The translations under genes were made by a program, and so were the position numbers. From NCBI GenBank assembly GCA_964354375.1, contig CAYGZQ010000013.1, positions 10,087 to 74,086 of the forward strand: a DNA stretch of 64,000 nt. The letters are read 5' to 3'. Source of the stretch: an uncultured Planctomycetota bacterium (GTDB lineage: Bacteria; JAJVIF01; JAPKYR01). Each line of letters opens with the position of its first letter. Within the stretch, counting starts at the first letter, position 1. Shown one piece after another: positions 9,686-19,652 of this stretch. The notes beneath the pieces are model-generated. The model searched no databases. It saw only the letters and a program-made list of their open reading frames with translations, and was not told where the DNA came from.

Positions 9686-12238
9686 ATGAACAGGAACGCT
9701 CTCATCGCATTGGCACTTTTCGTGCTCGGAGGACTTTGTACGGGGTGCAGCGGAGCGGGAAATCCGATCGTGGCGGGACAGGATGTGTCGCTCCAGACGA
9801 GCGGGACGGTCGACTCGAACCGTGTCCTGTGGGGCATGTGGCAATGCAGCGTGGACCCCGCGTCGGGACGGATCGAGGTGGTCCCGCTCAGGGGCGCCAT
9901 GTTCACTGCGAACGTCAACAACCTTCTCGAAGGCAAGCCGGGAAACCTCCTTATCCAGAACATGGATACAACCAACTTCTTCACCGAGGGTCGCCTCGAC
10001 TGCACGGTCATGCTGAAGCATCCGTTTCCCGGCCTGGACATGTATAACGGGTTCGATGTCTGGGGCGTGTTCATGCATAACGGGTCGGCCACGCTGAAAT
10101 ACGATGACCTGGTCTACAGCGATGGGAGCGGCCCCGACGAGGGAATGCTGCTGAACCCGGACGGCTACACGCGGTGGTTCAACCACAGCGAGTTCGACGG
10201 GAACGGGTCGCCGATCCTGGAATACTGGCCGGGAAAGCTCTCGAATCTGCCCGCGCCCACCGCGACTCTGAACGCATACAAGGTGTTCGCTGACGGGCTT
10301 GGTGTTGAGGACGACTATTACGAGTGGGTCACGACCAGCGGGAACGCCGACGATCGCGGCGTGTTCAGTGCCGGGATCGCGAACTCGCGAAGATATCAGC
10401 TCAAGTTCCCCATCATTGGGGGAGTTCCGGAAGCCAGCTTCCAGTACGCTGTAATCGCGACATGGGAGCCGGGCGATCCGACGCTGACCGGCAACCCGAC
10501 GACATATGACCCGGGCGATTTTCCCCCGAACGCCAACTGCGAAGAGCCGTTCTGCCTTCATGTGACGACGGATGACAGCGATCTTTACAACGACGGTGCG
10601 GGATCCGCGGGCGGGTCTTTCAAGGCGAATGTCGAGGTGTTCGACTGGCAAGGCGGGATCGCGGCGGGCAATGGGGTTCCGAACGAAGTCAACCGGATGG
10701 TGGTCGAGGGCGATTTCGTGCCGGGAGGAACCTACGAGTTCAGCCAGGCTGAGCTGGCGACGGTGGCGATTCCTGCGACAGAAAACTCGTCCGTGTTCCA
10801 GGTTGAGATCGCGGACTGTCAGCCCCAGGCCTCCGGCGTCGCGGACTTCTGGGTGATAGTGGAAGCTGCGGGGGCCAACGGGGAGACGTACGGGCAGGGC
10901 TTCCCGACGAAATACCCTGACGCGCCACGGGCAAGCTTCACTCCCGGCACGGTGGACGTCTCAGACATCGCGCCCTGGCCGGATGTCATCTATGTCGACG
11001 ATTCCAACACGACGGGAGTCGAGGACGGGACACACACTCATCCCTACAATACGATCCAGGAAGGGATAGACAACAATCCCGACCTGAAGGAAGTGTGGGT
11101 CGACGATTCCGGTGCGATATATGCCGAGAATGTCCAGATGAAGGACAACACCATTCTGAAATCCACAAACTGGGATGATTCCGACGGCACGGGTCGCACG
11201 AAAATTCAGGGGCCCAGCGGTACGGCCATACACACCCTGGAATTCAACAACGTGTCCGGCGCTACGCTTCAGGGATTCGAGATCATGCCCTTCAATTTCA
11301 TCGCTTCCTTCAGCGCAATGGACATACTCCTGGTCACCAACGGCTCGGGAAACACTATCAAGGACTGCCTGTTCAAGGGAGCGATGCCCGACTCCGCCAC
11401 CATTTATGTCCTTAACGTCCGAGGCGTAACGGCAACCGGCTCAAGCGATCTGACTGTTCAGAACTGCCGCTTCGATGGTCTTGACCGAGGAGCCAATATG
11501 CGGTCAATGAGCAGCTGGAACATAGTCCGGGCCACTAATTGTCCGGGCATGGACATCGTAAACAACATCTTCACGAACATAAGATCGACGGCTGACACAT
11601 GGGGCAAGAGCGGTTACATCACCTATATGGATACGTGTAGTGACCTGGTTCTGAAGAATAACCTTATTCATGACATAAAGCCTATCGCCACCGGCAATTC
11701 GAATCTTCACGAGGGCTTTCGACTCACAAACTGCACGAATCCCACCCTGGTGAACAACACGGTCGATTCATTCGATGTCACCCAGGGTTTCATGATTCAA
11801 CAGGTGTTTGCCTACAGAATCGAGAATTGCACCGGCGTGACGTTCAAGAACAATATCGCGACGCGGATCTACTGCAACGGCTTTCCGCCTCCGCTGGCCA
11901 GAGGACTCCTCGCGGTCAACAGCACATTTACAGTCTACTACTGCGACATGTGGGATATCGGCCCGGGGGGCAACGGCCAGAACTACTACTGGTCCGGTGG
12001 CGTCCTGACGATCGATCCATCGTGCATCTCGGCGGATCCGCAGTACATCGATGCCGATAATGAGGACTTCGACCTCCAATCGGGCTCTCCCGCTCAGCAG
12101 GGCGACCCGACCATCGTTGACTGGGACGATACCGGGACACCGTCCGGCGATCCCGACAATACCGACACAAACAAGCGTAGCCGAATGGGCTCCTGCGGCG
12201 GTCCGGACGGGCAGTATATCGGTCTGCTCACTCCCTGA
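9686..12238 (+). CDS. P3: large lipoprotein, conserved N-domain + right-handed parallel beta-helix
   Basis: Lipobox CTG-C. Family motifs, then IYVDDSN...GTHTHPYNTIQEGI, beta-helix repeats and terminal RSRMGSCGG. Confidence 0.8.
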   Translation: MNRNALIALALFVLGGLCTGCSGAGNPIVAGQDVSLQTSGTVDSNRVLWGMWQCSVDPASGRIEVVPLRGAMFTANVNNLLEGKPGNLLIQNMDTTNFFTEGRLDCTVMLKHPFPGLDMYNGFDVWGVFMHNGSATLKYDDLVYSDGSGPDEGMLLNPDGYTRWFNHSEFDGNGSPILEYWPGKLSNLPAPTATLNAYKVFADGLGVEDDYYEWVTTSGNADDRGVFSAGIANSRRYQLKFPIIGGVPEASFQYAVIATWEPGDPTLTGNPTTYDPGDFPPNANCEEPFCLHVTTDDSDLYNDGAGSAGGSFKANVEVFDWQGGIAAGNGVPNEVNRMVVEGDFVPGGTYEFSQAELATVAIPATENSSVFQVEIADCQPQASGVADFWVIVEAAGANGETYGQGFPTKYPDAPRASFTPGTVDVSDIAPWPDVIYVDDSNTTGVEDGTHTHPYNTIQEGIDNNPDLKEVWVDDSGAIYAENVQMKDNTILKSTNWDDSDGTGRTKIQGPSGTAIHTLEFNNVSGATLQGFEIMPFNFIASFSAMDILLVTNGSGNTIKDCLFKGAMPDSATIYVLNVRGVTATGSSDLTVQNCRFDGLDRGANMRSMSSWNIVRATNCPGMDIVNNIFTNIRSTADTWGKSGYITYMDTCSDLVLKNNLIHDIKPIATGNSNLHEGFRLTNCTNPTLVNNTVDSFDVTQGFMIQQVFAYRIENCTGVTFKNNIATRIYCNGFPPPLARGLLAVNSTFTVYYCDMWDIGPGGNGQNYYWSGGVLTIDPSCISADPQYIDADNEDFDLQSGSPAQQGDPTIVDWDDTGTPSGDPDNTDTNKRSRMGSCGGPDGQYIGLLTP

Positions 12239-12272
12239 CCGGGCGACGCGGAAGCACCTGCATTCCGCCGGA

Positions 12273-14369
12273 CTATTCGCTGTCTTCCCGATCGGTTCTC
12301 ATCTCGAACAGCTCCCACTGATCCGTTCCCGCCACCTGCGAGACATCATCCATCGATGACAATCGAGACTCAAAATCTATGATTCCTTGAAGCACGGGCG
12401 ACCTGAATCGTCTCAGATCCACTTTCCAGAACCTTTCACCGTTGATATCGACTCGCTCGCCGCCGGTCGCGTAGATAAGGTTTCTCGCCCTGCCGGCGCG
12501 AACCCCCCTTTCCTCGGAAATTGCAGACAGCTCATCCTCAGGAATAACTGAGATCCCAAAGGGATCGACCTGCCTCTCGAGGCACCAGCCAAGCACTATG
12601 CTCGCATGATGCTGCGCGGTGGGAACCAGGAGCAAGCCGAATTTCATTTCGGACAAGCGCGACACGATTTCCGCGACATCGTCCGACTGCTCAAAGACCT
12701 CAAACGGCGGAAACTCCCATGGGGCTTCGAGACGGTAGGTCCTCAGTCCGAACATGCATATCTTCCCTTGTTCGTTCCCAAGTTCATTTGCCTTGTTGAA
12801 GACGCCGGAGCTTGGAAAGACGCTCTCGTTGTATTCATTGCGGGATACCCGTCCGGCAAGGAATGGAACATCCGCCTTGAGATCGCGACCGAGAAGGACG
12901 AACTGCGAAAGCAGTTGCAGCGCCACGACGGCGAAGATTATCCACCTTGCGATTCCCTCCCATCCGGCCTTCCCCGGCTTCACGAATCCGAACAGGAAAG
13001 TGACGACCAGCCACAGTGCAAGGATCGTGAAGGGCAGGAAATACCGGGCCTGCTTGCTCATGGTGAAGAAGGCATATGTAAAAAACACCGCGCACCAGAC
13101 GACCGCGATTCTCTCGAGTCTCTTTCGAAACAGAAAAACAGCGGCCACGGGCGCCAGCGGCGTCAGCCAGCTCGAGTAAGGCAAGGGCGCCATCAGGAAC
13201 GGCGCCGATTCGACGGGATTGGAGAACGCGAGGATGAACGGGTAGAGGAGAAAATTGCGCAATGTGACCCGGACTCCCCAGCCGGCCCACGTATTGACGT
13301 CATCGGCGAGCCATATTTGCGGGCTGCCCAGCACGCCCCGAAAAAACGGATATAAAGGGTTCCCGGTTTCGATCAGGTTCCTCAGGTACCAGGGCGCGGC
13401 GACGAGAAGAAACGCCGCAAGGCCGGGAATAACCCGGGGCAACAGCCATGACCTCGATTTCCGATTCAGAACAAGCAGGACGATATGCACCGCGATCAGA
13501 AGGGCTGGAAACAGCGAGGAATACTTCGACGCAACGGCGGTCCCGAGGAAAACCGCTGCGAGAAGCATATCCGATTGGCCGCCCGAATCCCCCTTCTCGA
13601 CTTGCCCGAACCAGGTGAACATCGCAGCGACCGAGAACAGTGCAACTCCCATATCGATGAGGCCTGAATAGGCCAGCATTTTCCACATGTGTATTCCACA
13701 GACCACCGCAGCCGTGTGCCATCCGATCGATTTCTTTCCCCTCGAGGCGCCGAAATCAATCACCCAGCCGACAAGAAGCAGCTGCAGGAACCAGTGACAT
13801 ACATTGCCTGCCTCCGGTCCGCTTTCACCGCCGATCTTGAAGGCCGGAAGAAGCATCATCTCAATGGCCTGAGGGTAATAGCTGTAGCCGTTCTGATTGA
13901 TTGTCCCGATGTGCCCGAGGCCGAGATAATGCCGCATGAAAAGGTAATGGGCGCCCTCGCAGTCGGGGTTGTAGCACGGCGCGGTCGCGGCGACCAGCAT
14001 GCCGATTTCGTAAGTGACAATCAGCGCGATGAGCACGCGCGATTGGATGTCGGTGGCCTCCCAGTCGCTCCACCTCACGGGTTTGGCGGAACGATGTTCA
14101 GGCTTCCGCGCGCATGACCAGGCGGTGAGAATCAGCAGAAGGCAGGTCAGGGCGGTTAATGGAAGAATGAAATCGAGGAGTCCCAGAAACCCCACCATTG
14201 TGAAAATCAGCGAATGCCCGGCAAGCGACAATGTAGCGCCCCGGAGCAAGTCCCCGGGCCGCGGGTCGCGCCACTTGATTACCCGGACATAGAATAGTGC
14301 GCCCGCAAAAGCGATCGGGAAAAATCCAATCAGAAAACTCAACAACGGTATGCCGATATTGGCAAGCAT
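12273..14369 (-). CDS. Multi-TM GT-C-fold glycosyltransferase (GT39/ArnT/PMT-like)
   Basis: About 12 hydrophobic segments, PQAIEM, KYSS and PWYLRNLIETGNPLYPF motifs typical of uncharacterised GT-C proteins, and a soluble C-terminal domain. Confidence 0.65.
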   Translation of the reverse strand: MLANIGIPLLSFLIGFFPIAFAGALFYVRVIKWRDPRPGDLLRGATLSLAGHSLIFTMVGFLGLLDFILPLTALTCLLLILTAWSCARKPEHRSAKPVRWSDWEATDIQSRVLIALIVTYEIGMLVAATAPCYNPDCEGAHYLFMRHYLGLGHIGTINQNGYSYYPQAIEMMLLPAFKIGGESGPEAGNVCHWFLQLLLVGWVIDFGASRGKKSIGWHTAAVVCGIHMWKMLAYSGLIDMGVALFSVAAMFTWFGQVEKGDSGGQSDMLLAAVFLGTAVASKYSSLFPALLIAVHIVLLVLNRKSRSWLLPRVIPGLAAFLLVAAPWYLRNLIETGNPLYPFFRGVLGSPQIWLADDVNTWAGWGVRVTLRNFLLYPFILAFSNPVESAPFLMAPLPYSSWLTPLAPVAAVFLFRKRLERIAVVWCAVFFTYAFFTMSKQARYFLPFTILALWLVVTFLFGFVKPGKAGWEGIARWIIFAVVALQLLSQFVLLGRDLKADVPFLAGRVSRNEYNESVFPSSGVFNKANELGNEQGKICMFGLRTYRLEAPWEFPPFEVFEQSDDVAEIVSRLSEMKFGLLLVPTAQHHASIVLGWCLERQVDPFGISVIPEDELSAISEERGVRAGRARNLIYATGGERVDINGERFWKVDLRRFRSPVLQGIIDFESRLSSMDDVSQVAGTDQWELFEMRTDREDSE

Positions 14370-14568
14370 GATCTACGTATTCCGCTCCTCTCCGGAATCG
14401 CTGCTTGCCTCCGACAATACGCCCTTCATCTATCCTGCCATATTCCGGCGACTTTCTCCACATCATGACGGTTGGCGAGCCGGGGTCGACTCGGTCGCTT
14501 GAAGGCATAATTGACCATGTAATATCCGCGCTTACCTCCCCGGTCCGGGGGGCAATTGTTATCCGATT

Positions 14569-14924
14569 ATGGTAACCTATTACAAGGTCACAGGGGGTGA
14601 CCGGACAGAATCGGGATCGACAATTGAGCGACAAGCACGGTACGCCAGAATAGGAGAAACCATGAAGCTGAATGCTCTCTACATCATGGCAGGTCTGGTT
14701 TCCGCATTGACGGGGAGATTCAGTACAGACAATCCGCTGACGGCTCGTCCTGGTCGGAAATCGAGACCGTCAATCCGTCCGGAGAAGACCTGCCGCCGGG
14801 TACCGACGATTTCACTCCGAAGATGCTGGTGACGTCCGACAGTGTCATGCACGTGGCCTGGATCAGGCATGATTCCAGTGACAAATACGGAGACCTCTAC
14901 CACAGAATGCGCGATCTGTTCTGA
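14569..14924 (+). pseudogene. Probable remnant: C-terminal fragment of a BNR-like beta-propeller protein
   Basis: The frame 14715-14924 reads EIQYRQSADGSSWSEIETVNP...PKMLVTSDSVMHVAWIRHD...DLYHRMRDLF*. That frame has no ATG upstream before an in-frame TGA near 14624. Confidence 0.45.
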
Positions 14925-14998
14925 TCCTTAACGAGGGAATACCGGTCTGAATTTGACGGGGGATCGCGTGATGAGAGACAGCGGAAGGCAGCCAAACC

Positions 14999-15676
14999 AT
15001 GACCAGGACTGTAATACTTGCTCTGATCGTAGCCGTCATCGTCGCCGTCTCCGGCTGTAACGATGCTCGTAAGGTCGGAGATACGAAGGACAGCGCGGGG
15101 TCGGGCGGTCAGACAAGAGCCGCGAATTCGCCCGATGTGAATGAGGCGCCGCCGAGAAGGTACGCCGAGCCGATGCCCGTCGACATACTTGCCAGAACGG
15201 CGGAGTGCGACTGGATCGAGATATCGTACGTGGACACGGATCAGGCTAATCCGGGCCAGGGAATGAACTGCAATTTCATCCTTGAGCCCGGAAACGAGAA
15301 CTCGATGAGATGCATCGGATACGACTCCGCAAGCAGGCAGGAGTACTCCGGCGATGTTGTGGACGAGCAGTCGTTCAAAGGGCTCATTGAGTACATGGCG
15401 GACAATCCGGATGTGTTTTTCAACCACTCCGAGTTTGAGGGCGTCGCGCCGGGCGACTATCCGGTCCCGGAAGGCTTCAGTGAATGGGTCTTTCTGCATG
15501 CGCCGACCAGCCTGGTAGATTCGTCGACTGGTTGGAAGATTGAGTACGTCATCTTGAAGGAGATTACCCCTGGCGAGACGGTCGCGCCCGAGATGCAGTA
15601 TGTTTTGGATACACTGAACGAGTGGAAGCAGAGCCTTCTCAGCAATCCGGTTCAGCAGAACTCGACGGTCGACTAG
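14999..15676 (+). CDS. Hypothetical lipoprotein
   Basis: Lipobox VSG-C, low-complexity tether, then a globular domain. GGAAGG RBS-like sequence upstream. Confidence 0.7.
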   Translation: MTRTVILALIVAVIVAVSGCNDARKVGDTKDSAGSGGQTRAANSPDVNEAPPRRYAEPMPVDILARTAECDWIEISYVDTDQANPGQGMNCNFILEPGNENSMRCIGYDSASRQEYSGDVVDEQSFKGLIEYMADNPDVFFNHSEFEGVAPGDYPVPEGFSEWVFLHAPTSLVDSSTGWKIEYVILKEITPGETVAPEMQYVLDTLNEWKQSLLSNPVQQNSTVD

Positions 15677-15701
15677 GTCTGCAGATTATTGGAATACGAG
15701 G

Positions 15702-15731
15702 CGAGCCCGGCGCGAACAGCGCCGGGCTTTC
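15702..15731 (+). terminator. Putative intrinsic terminator
   Basis: AGCCCGGCGC-GAACA-GCGCCGGGCT followed by TTCC, after the 14999..15676 stop. Confidence 0.5.
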
Positions 15732-15905
15732 CGTTGATTATCCGGTCGCCTTTCCGCACGCGTGCGGTCAACCTGTTGGGCTGTGTCCGGTTATCGGCTA
15801 GAATATGGAATGAATCCGGCAAGGTGGACCAGGCTCAGCAGGCGCAAGCGACAGGACAAGAACATCGTTCCCGATGCATGTCCACCAAGAACCGATGCGC
15901 CGGCT

Positions 15906-15980
15906 GTAGTCATACGCATCCTGCGTATGGTTCTTGATTGGGGTGTCCCTAAGAACTATGCGCCGGAGGCGCATTGCTAC
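15906..15980. repeat. Inverted REP doublet (REPIN-like)
   Basis: GTAGTCATACGCATCCTGCGTATGGTTCTT - 15 nt - AAGAACTATGCGCCGGAGGCGCATTGCTAC. Confidence 0.8.
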
Positions 15981-16047
15981 TACAATATAGGAGCGATTGT
16001 CGGGCATCGAATCGAGCGAGTCGGGGGGCGAGCGAAAGGACAGGATC

Positions 16048-18762
16048 ATGAGAAAGTCCATCGTATTTGCGACTACGGTCATAGCTACGATACTGATCGG
16101 GTTCGGCTGCGCAGGGAGTGGGAATCCCGTAGCCGTCGGCGAATCGTTATCGCAAGCCGGTCTTGCAGCGGAGACGACGCCCTCCGGTCGAATGCTGTGG
16201 GGACTGTGGCGATGCATCATGGAGCCAGGGAGCGACCGGATCGATGTGGTCGAGGCCAGAACGTGCAACCTCACGATGAACGTCAATGTCCTGCTCAACG
16301 CGAAACCCGGAAGTCTGCAGATAGGAGAACTGGACGCGACGCACTTCCTCAGCGAAGGTCGTTTGGACTGCACGGTGACTCTGACGCATCCGCTTGGCGG
16401 ACAGGACCGTTTCAGCGGGTTCGATGTATGGGGCGCATTTCTTCACAACGGCGCGTCGGCGCTCAACTACCAGGGACTGACTTATCCGGGCGGGCCCGTC
16501 GGTGGGACCAACGAGGCGATGCTTCTGAACGCGGACGGATACACCAGATGGTTCAATCAGCCGGAGTTTGACGGGGACGGTCCGGACCTCTTCGAGTTTT
16601 TCCCGGGGAAGCCCTCCAACCTTCCCATGCCGACCGCGGAGCTGAACGGGTACAGGATATTCGCGGACGGTCTTGGCGCCGAGGTCGACTATCATGACTG
16701 GATAAGCTCGCCCGTGTACCCCGGCAATCGTGGAATCTTCCGCTCGGGCGCGTCGAACTCGCGACGGTATCAGCTTGACTTCCCGATCATCGGCGGGAGC
16801 CCCAAGGTGGATTTCCAGTTCGCCATGGTGGCGTCATGGGCCAAGGGGGATCCCACTCTGACCGGGAATCCGAAGCTGTACGAGCCGTGGGACTTCCCTC
16901 CGGAGGCGAACGTTGACGAGCCGTTTTTCGTTGATACGTCAACGGTTGCGAGCACGCTCTTCTATGACGATTCGGGGGGCACGCCTGTCGCAGGCGGCAA
17001 TTTCTCTGCGGAAGTGGAGGTCTTCGATTGGCAGGGCGGGATAGTGGCGCATCTCGGGGTCCCGAACGAGATCGAACGCCTGGTTATCGAGGGAGATTTC
17101 CTGCCGGACGGCTCGGTGGAGTACGGGCAATCTGAGCTGGGCGCGATTGCCTCGGAGGGGACGTCCAATTCATCGGTCTTCGCGATCGAGATTGTCGACT
17201 GCTCACCGGTTTCGAGCGGTGATGCTGAGTTCTGGGTCATTGCGGAAAGCGCCGGAGAGAACGGCTCAAGCTACGATCAGGGGTTCGGGTCGGCGTATCC
17301 AGCGGGGCCAAGGCGCGCCGCATTCTATCGCGGTTCGGTGACAGTGTCGCCCCAAGCTCCGTTTGTGAACACGCCCCCTGAGATTTCAGGGATCGAGGAC
17401 GATATCGCTGGCCCGGGTGCGTACAAGAATCCCGTCTCGACCGACGACAAATCGGTGACATACTCGGTCATCTTCACTGACCCCGACGTCGGCCAGGATC
17501 ATTCGATCACATGGTGGATAACGGCCGACGGCGCCGCGCCGGGTCCGGGAGATGTCGTTGCGATGCCGATCGACTGGTCGACATACGCGGTCGGTGAATT
17601 CGACATTTACGTCGAGGTAGATGACGGCTACGATGCGGCACTGGGAGGGCCCTTCGACATCACGCTCGAGGAAGGAACTGCGCCCGAGTGGGGGGACCCG
17701 GTCAATATAGACTATTCGTCCGAAATGCCGAGGGCGGTCGTGAACGCCGCCGGCGAGATCGTGTTGATTTACTACAGAAATGACGACAGCGTAATGTACG
17801 CGGTGAATGACGGCACCTGGCATACGCCCGAGCTGGCCCGCAAGTTTGATCCGATCCCGGGTTTCATGCACATAGTCGCAGCCGATCCGTCGGAAGGGGT
17901 TCACACCGTTTATGCCGGCCTGGAAGGGACGGCGGAGGAAGCGGCGGAAGACTGTCACGCGCTGAGATGGCAGGGCGCGGCGGGTGAGTGGGACTACATG
18001 TCATGCCACACCACATCGGACCTTCCAAGCATCTTCGTTCCTGACGACGACGGAACTTTCACCCATGTGTTCACCACCACGACCCTGAACTCGGTGACTC
18101 GTTTCGAGTCCTGGGCTGGCCCGCCGGGAGGCGTCATGACCGTGCCCGGAGACGAGGAATGCACCTACTCGTGCGCGGGTTTTGCGGAAAGAGACTCCGA
18201 CTATCACGTGCTTGCGTTCGGCTGCTTCGATTCCGTGCTTGGGGTGTACAGGGTGAAGGTGCTCGGGGTGCCCAAGTCGGACGACATCCCCATGGGATTT
18301 GTCATACCGATCGCGAACTCGGGCGATTCCATAGCTACTCCCGGACTGTGCATGGACACGCTCGGAGTGCTGCACGCGGCATGGAAAGTGAATGACGCCG
18401 GAGCGGGAAGAATCGAGTACTCGAGATCGACCGACGGCGGGCTGAGCTGGAGCGCGCCCGTGACCGTGTTCACCACCGACTACGAGACGAGTCTTCTGGG
18501 CTCTTACATAGGAATCGATTCGGATCAGAATGATCGTGTTTACATCACATATGCCCTCGAACCTTACGTGTACATGGTGTACTCGGATGACGGGGTCGAC
18601 TGGAGCGAGCCGTCGAGCCCGTACGAGGGTCCCCTGCCGCTGGGATATCATTGGACGGAGCCGTACCCTGTCGTTACCCTCGACGGGACTCTTTACGTGT
18701 TCTACGCTGTGAAAAACGAAGGCTTCAACGTCAGCTCGGTCAACGTGGTTACGTGCAAGTGA
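16048..18762 (+). CDS. P4: large lipoprotein, conserved N-domain + Ig-like domain + BNR/sialidase-like propeller
   Basis: ATG 16048 after AGGA, lipobox GFG-C. The N-domain is closely similar to P3. Contains NTPPEI Ig module and Asp-box-like SRSTDGGLSW and YSDDGVDW. Confidence 0.8.
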   Translation: MRKSIVFATTVIATILIGFGCAGSGNPVAVGESLSQAGLAAETTPSGRMLWGLWRCIMEPGSDRIDVVEARTCNLTMNVNVLLNAKPGSLQIGELDATHFLSEGRLDCTVTLTHPLGGQDRFSGFDVWGAFLHNGASALNYQGLTYPGGPVGGTNEAMLLNADGYTRWFNQPEFDGDGPDLFEFFPGKPSNLPMPTAELNGYRIFADGLGAEVDYHDWISSPVYPGNRGIFRSGASNSRRYQLDFPIIGGSPKVDFQFAMVASWAKGDPTLTGNPKLYEPWDFPPEANVDEPFFVDTSTVASTLFYDDSGGTPVAGGNFSAEVEVFDWQGGIVAHLGVPNEIERLVIEGDFLPDGSVEYGQSELGAIASEGTSNSSVFAIEIVDCSPVSSGDAEFWVIAESAGENGSSYDQGFGSAYPAGPRRAAFYRGSVTVSPQAPFVNTPPEISGIEDDIAGPGAYKNPVSTDDKSVTYSVIFTDPDVGQDHSITWWITADGAAPGPGDVVAMPIDWSTYAVGEFDIYVEVDDGYDAALGGPFDITLEEGTAPEWGDPVNIDYSSEMPRAVVNAAGEIVLIYYRNDDSVMYAVNDGTWHTPELARKFDPIPGFMHIVAADPSEGVHTVYAGLEGTAEEAAEDCHALRWQGAAGEWDYMSCHTTSDLPSIFVPDDDGTFTHVFTTTTLNSVTRFESWAGPPGGVMTVPGDEECTYSCAGFAERDSDYHVLAFGCFDSVLGVYRVKVLGVPKSDDIPMGFVIPIANSGDSIATPGLCMDTLGVLHAAWKVNDAGAGRIEYSRSTDGGLSWSAPVTVFTTDYETSLLGSYIGIDSDQNDRVYITYALEPYVYMVYSDDGVDWSEPSSPYEGPLPLGYHWTEPYPVVTLDGTLYVFYAVKNEGFNVSSVNVVTCK

Positions 18763-18850
18763 GACCCCGCCACTCCAGGGATTTTTCCCGTATAGGATCG
18801 TGCCGGGCAATGGTATACTTCGTCAATCATTGCGGACGGCGGAGGGGAAA

Positions 18851-19567
18851 ATGCGCTGGGAGACCTGCGAGCCCGATATCAGAGAGAGAATGTCCCGTAG
18901 ACCGGGGGGAGAGTATGTGGCTGACGCGCTCCTGGAGGCGCTCGAGCTGGCGGAGGGCCTCAAGGTTCTGGACCTGAGCGGCGGGGACGGCGTGTTGTCG
19001 GCGCTTATGGCGAAGGAGTACGGAGTTGACGTGACATGCGTGGCCGAGGACGCGTCGAGTGAAGCCGAGTCGGAGGCGAGTGCGAAGAAGCTCGGAGTTG
19101 CGGATCGAGTGAGGGTCATTCCCGGCAAGCCGTGGTCGCTCGCGGTAAGGAGCGAGGAGTTCGCGAGGGTCCTATGTCTTGGGAACCCGGTTCTCCCCAA
19201 CGCATCGCCGGAAGCGGCGAAAGAACTCTACCGGGTGCTGGGGTCGGACGGGACGTTGGGGTTCGCAGGGCCGGTGTCGCTGGGGAACACGACCCCGGAC
19301 TACATGAGGGTTGCTATGGCCGGCTTTGAGGGGAAGGCTTTGAAGACGCCCGCGTACACGGCGCTGATGTTTTCCCGGGAAGGGTTTCACATCGCGAAAG
19401 CGGAGTACCTGGGCGGGGCATGGGACCACTGGCTCAGGTGGCTCGATGCGCCTGCGGATTCGATCCCGGAAAAATTGAGGGAAGGCATAATAGAGGACGG
19501 GGGTCGGTGGCTGTCGATGGGACTGATCGTCCTCAAGAAACCCCCCAAGCCCCGATGGGCACTGTAG
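18851..19567 (+). CDS. Class I SAM-dependent methyltransferase
   Basis: GGAGGGG RBS before ATG 18851. Motif I variant KVLDLSGGDG, then AKEYGVDVT and RVLGSDG. Confidence 0.75.
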   Translation: MRWETCEPDIRERMSRRPGGEYVADALLEALELAEGLKVLDLSGGDGVLSALMAKEYGVDVTCVAEDASSEAESEASAKKLGVADRVRVIPGKPWSLAVRSEEFARVLCLGNPVLPNASPEAAKELYRVLGSDGTLGFAGPVSLGNTTPDYMRVAMAGFEGKALKTPAYTALMFSREGFHIAKAEYLGGAWDHWLRWLDAPADSIPEKLREGIIEDGGRWLSMGLIVLKKPPKPRWAL

Positions 19568-19645
19568 TAATGCGCATCCTGCGCATGGTTCTTAGACGAG
19601 CCGTTTCGCTAGGAAAAGAACTATGCGCAGGATGCGCATTGTTAC
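19564..19645. repeat. Inverted REP doublet (REPIN-like) between convergent genes
   Basis: GTAGTAATGCGCATCCTGCGCATGGTTCTT - 22 nt - AAGAACTATGCGCAGGATGCGCATTGTTAC. The GTAG overlaps the methyltransferase stop codon. Confidence 0.82.
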
Positions 19646-19652
19646 ATCGTGC

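Noticed and set aside
9686-18762. P3/P4 similarity as a diversity-generating retroelement TR/VR pair
   Set aside because: Differences are spread over synonymous positions rather than restricted to adenines, both copies are full genes, and no reverse transcriptase is present in the window.
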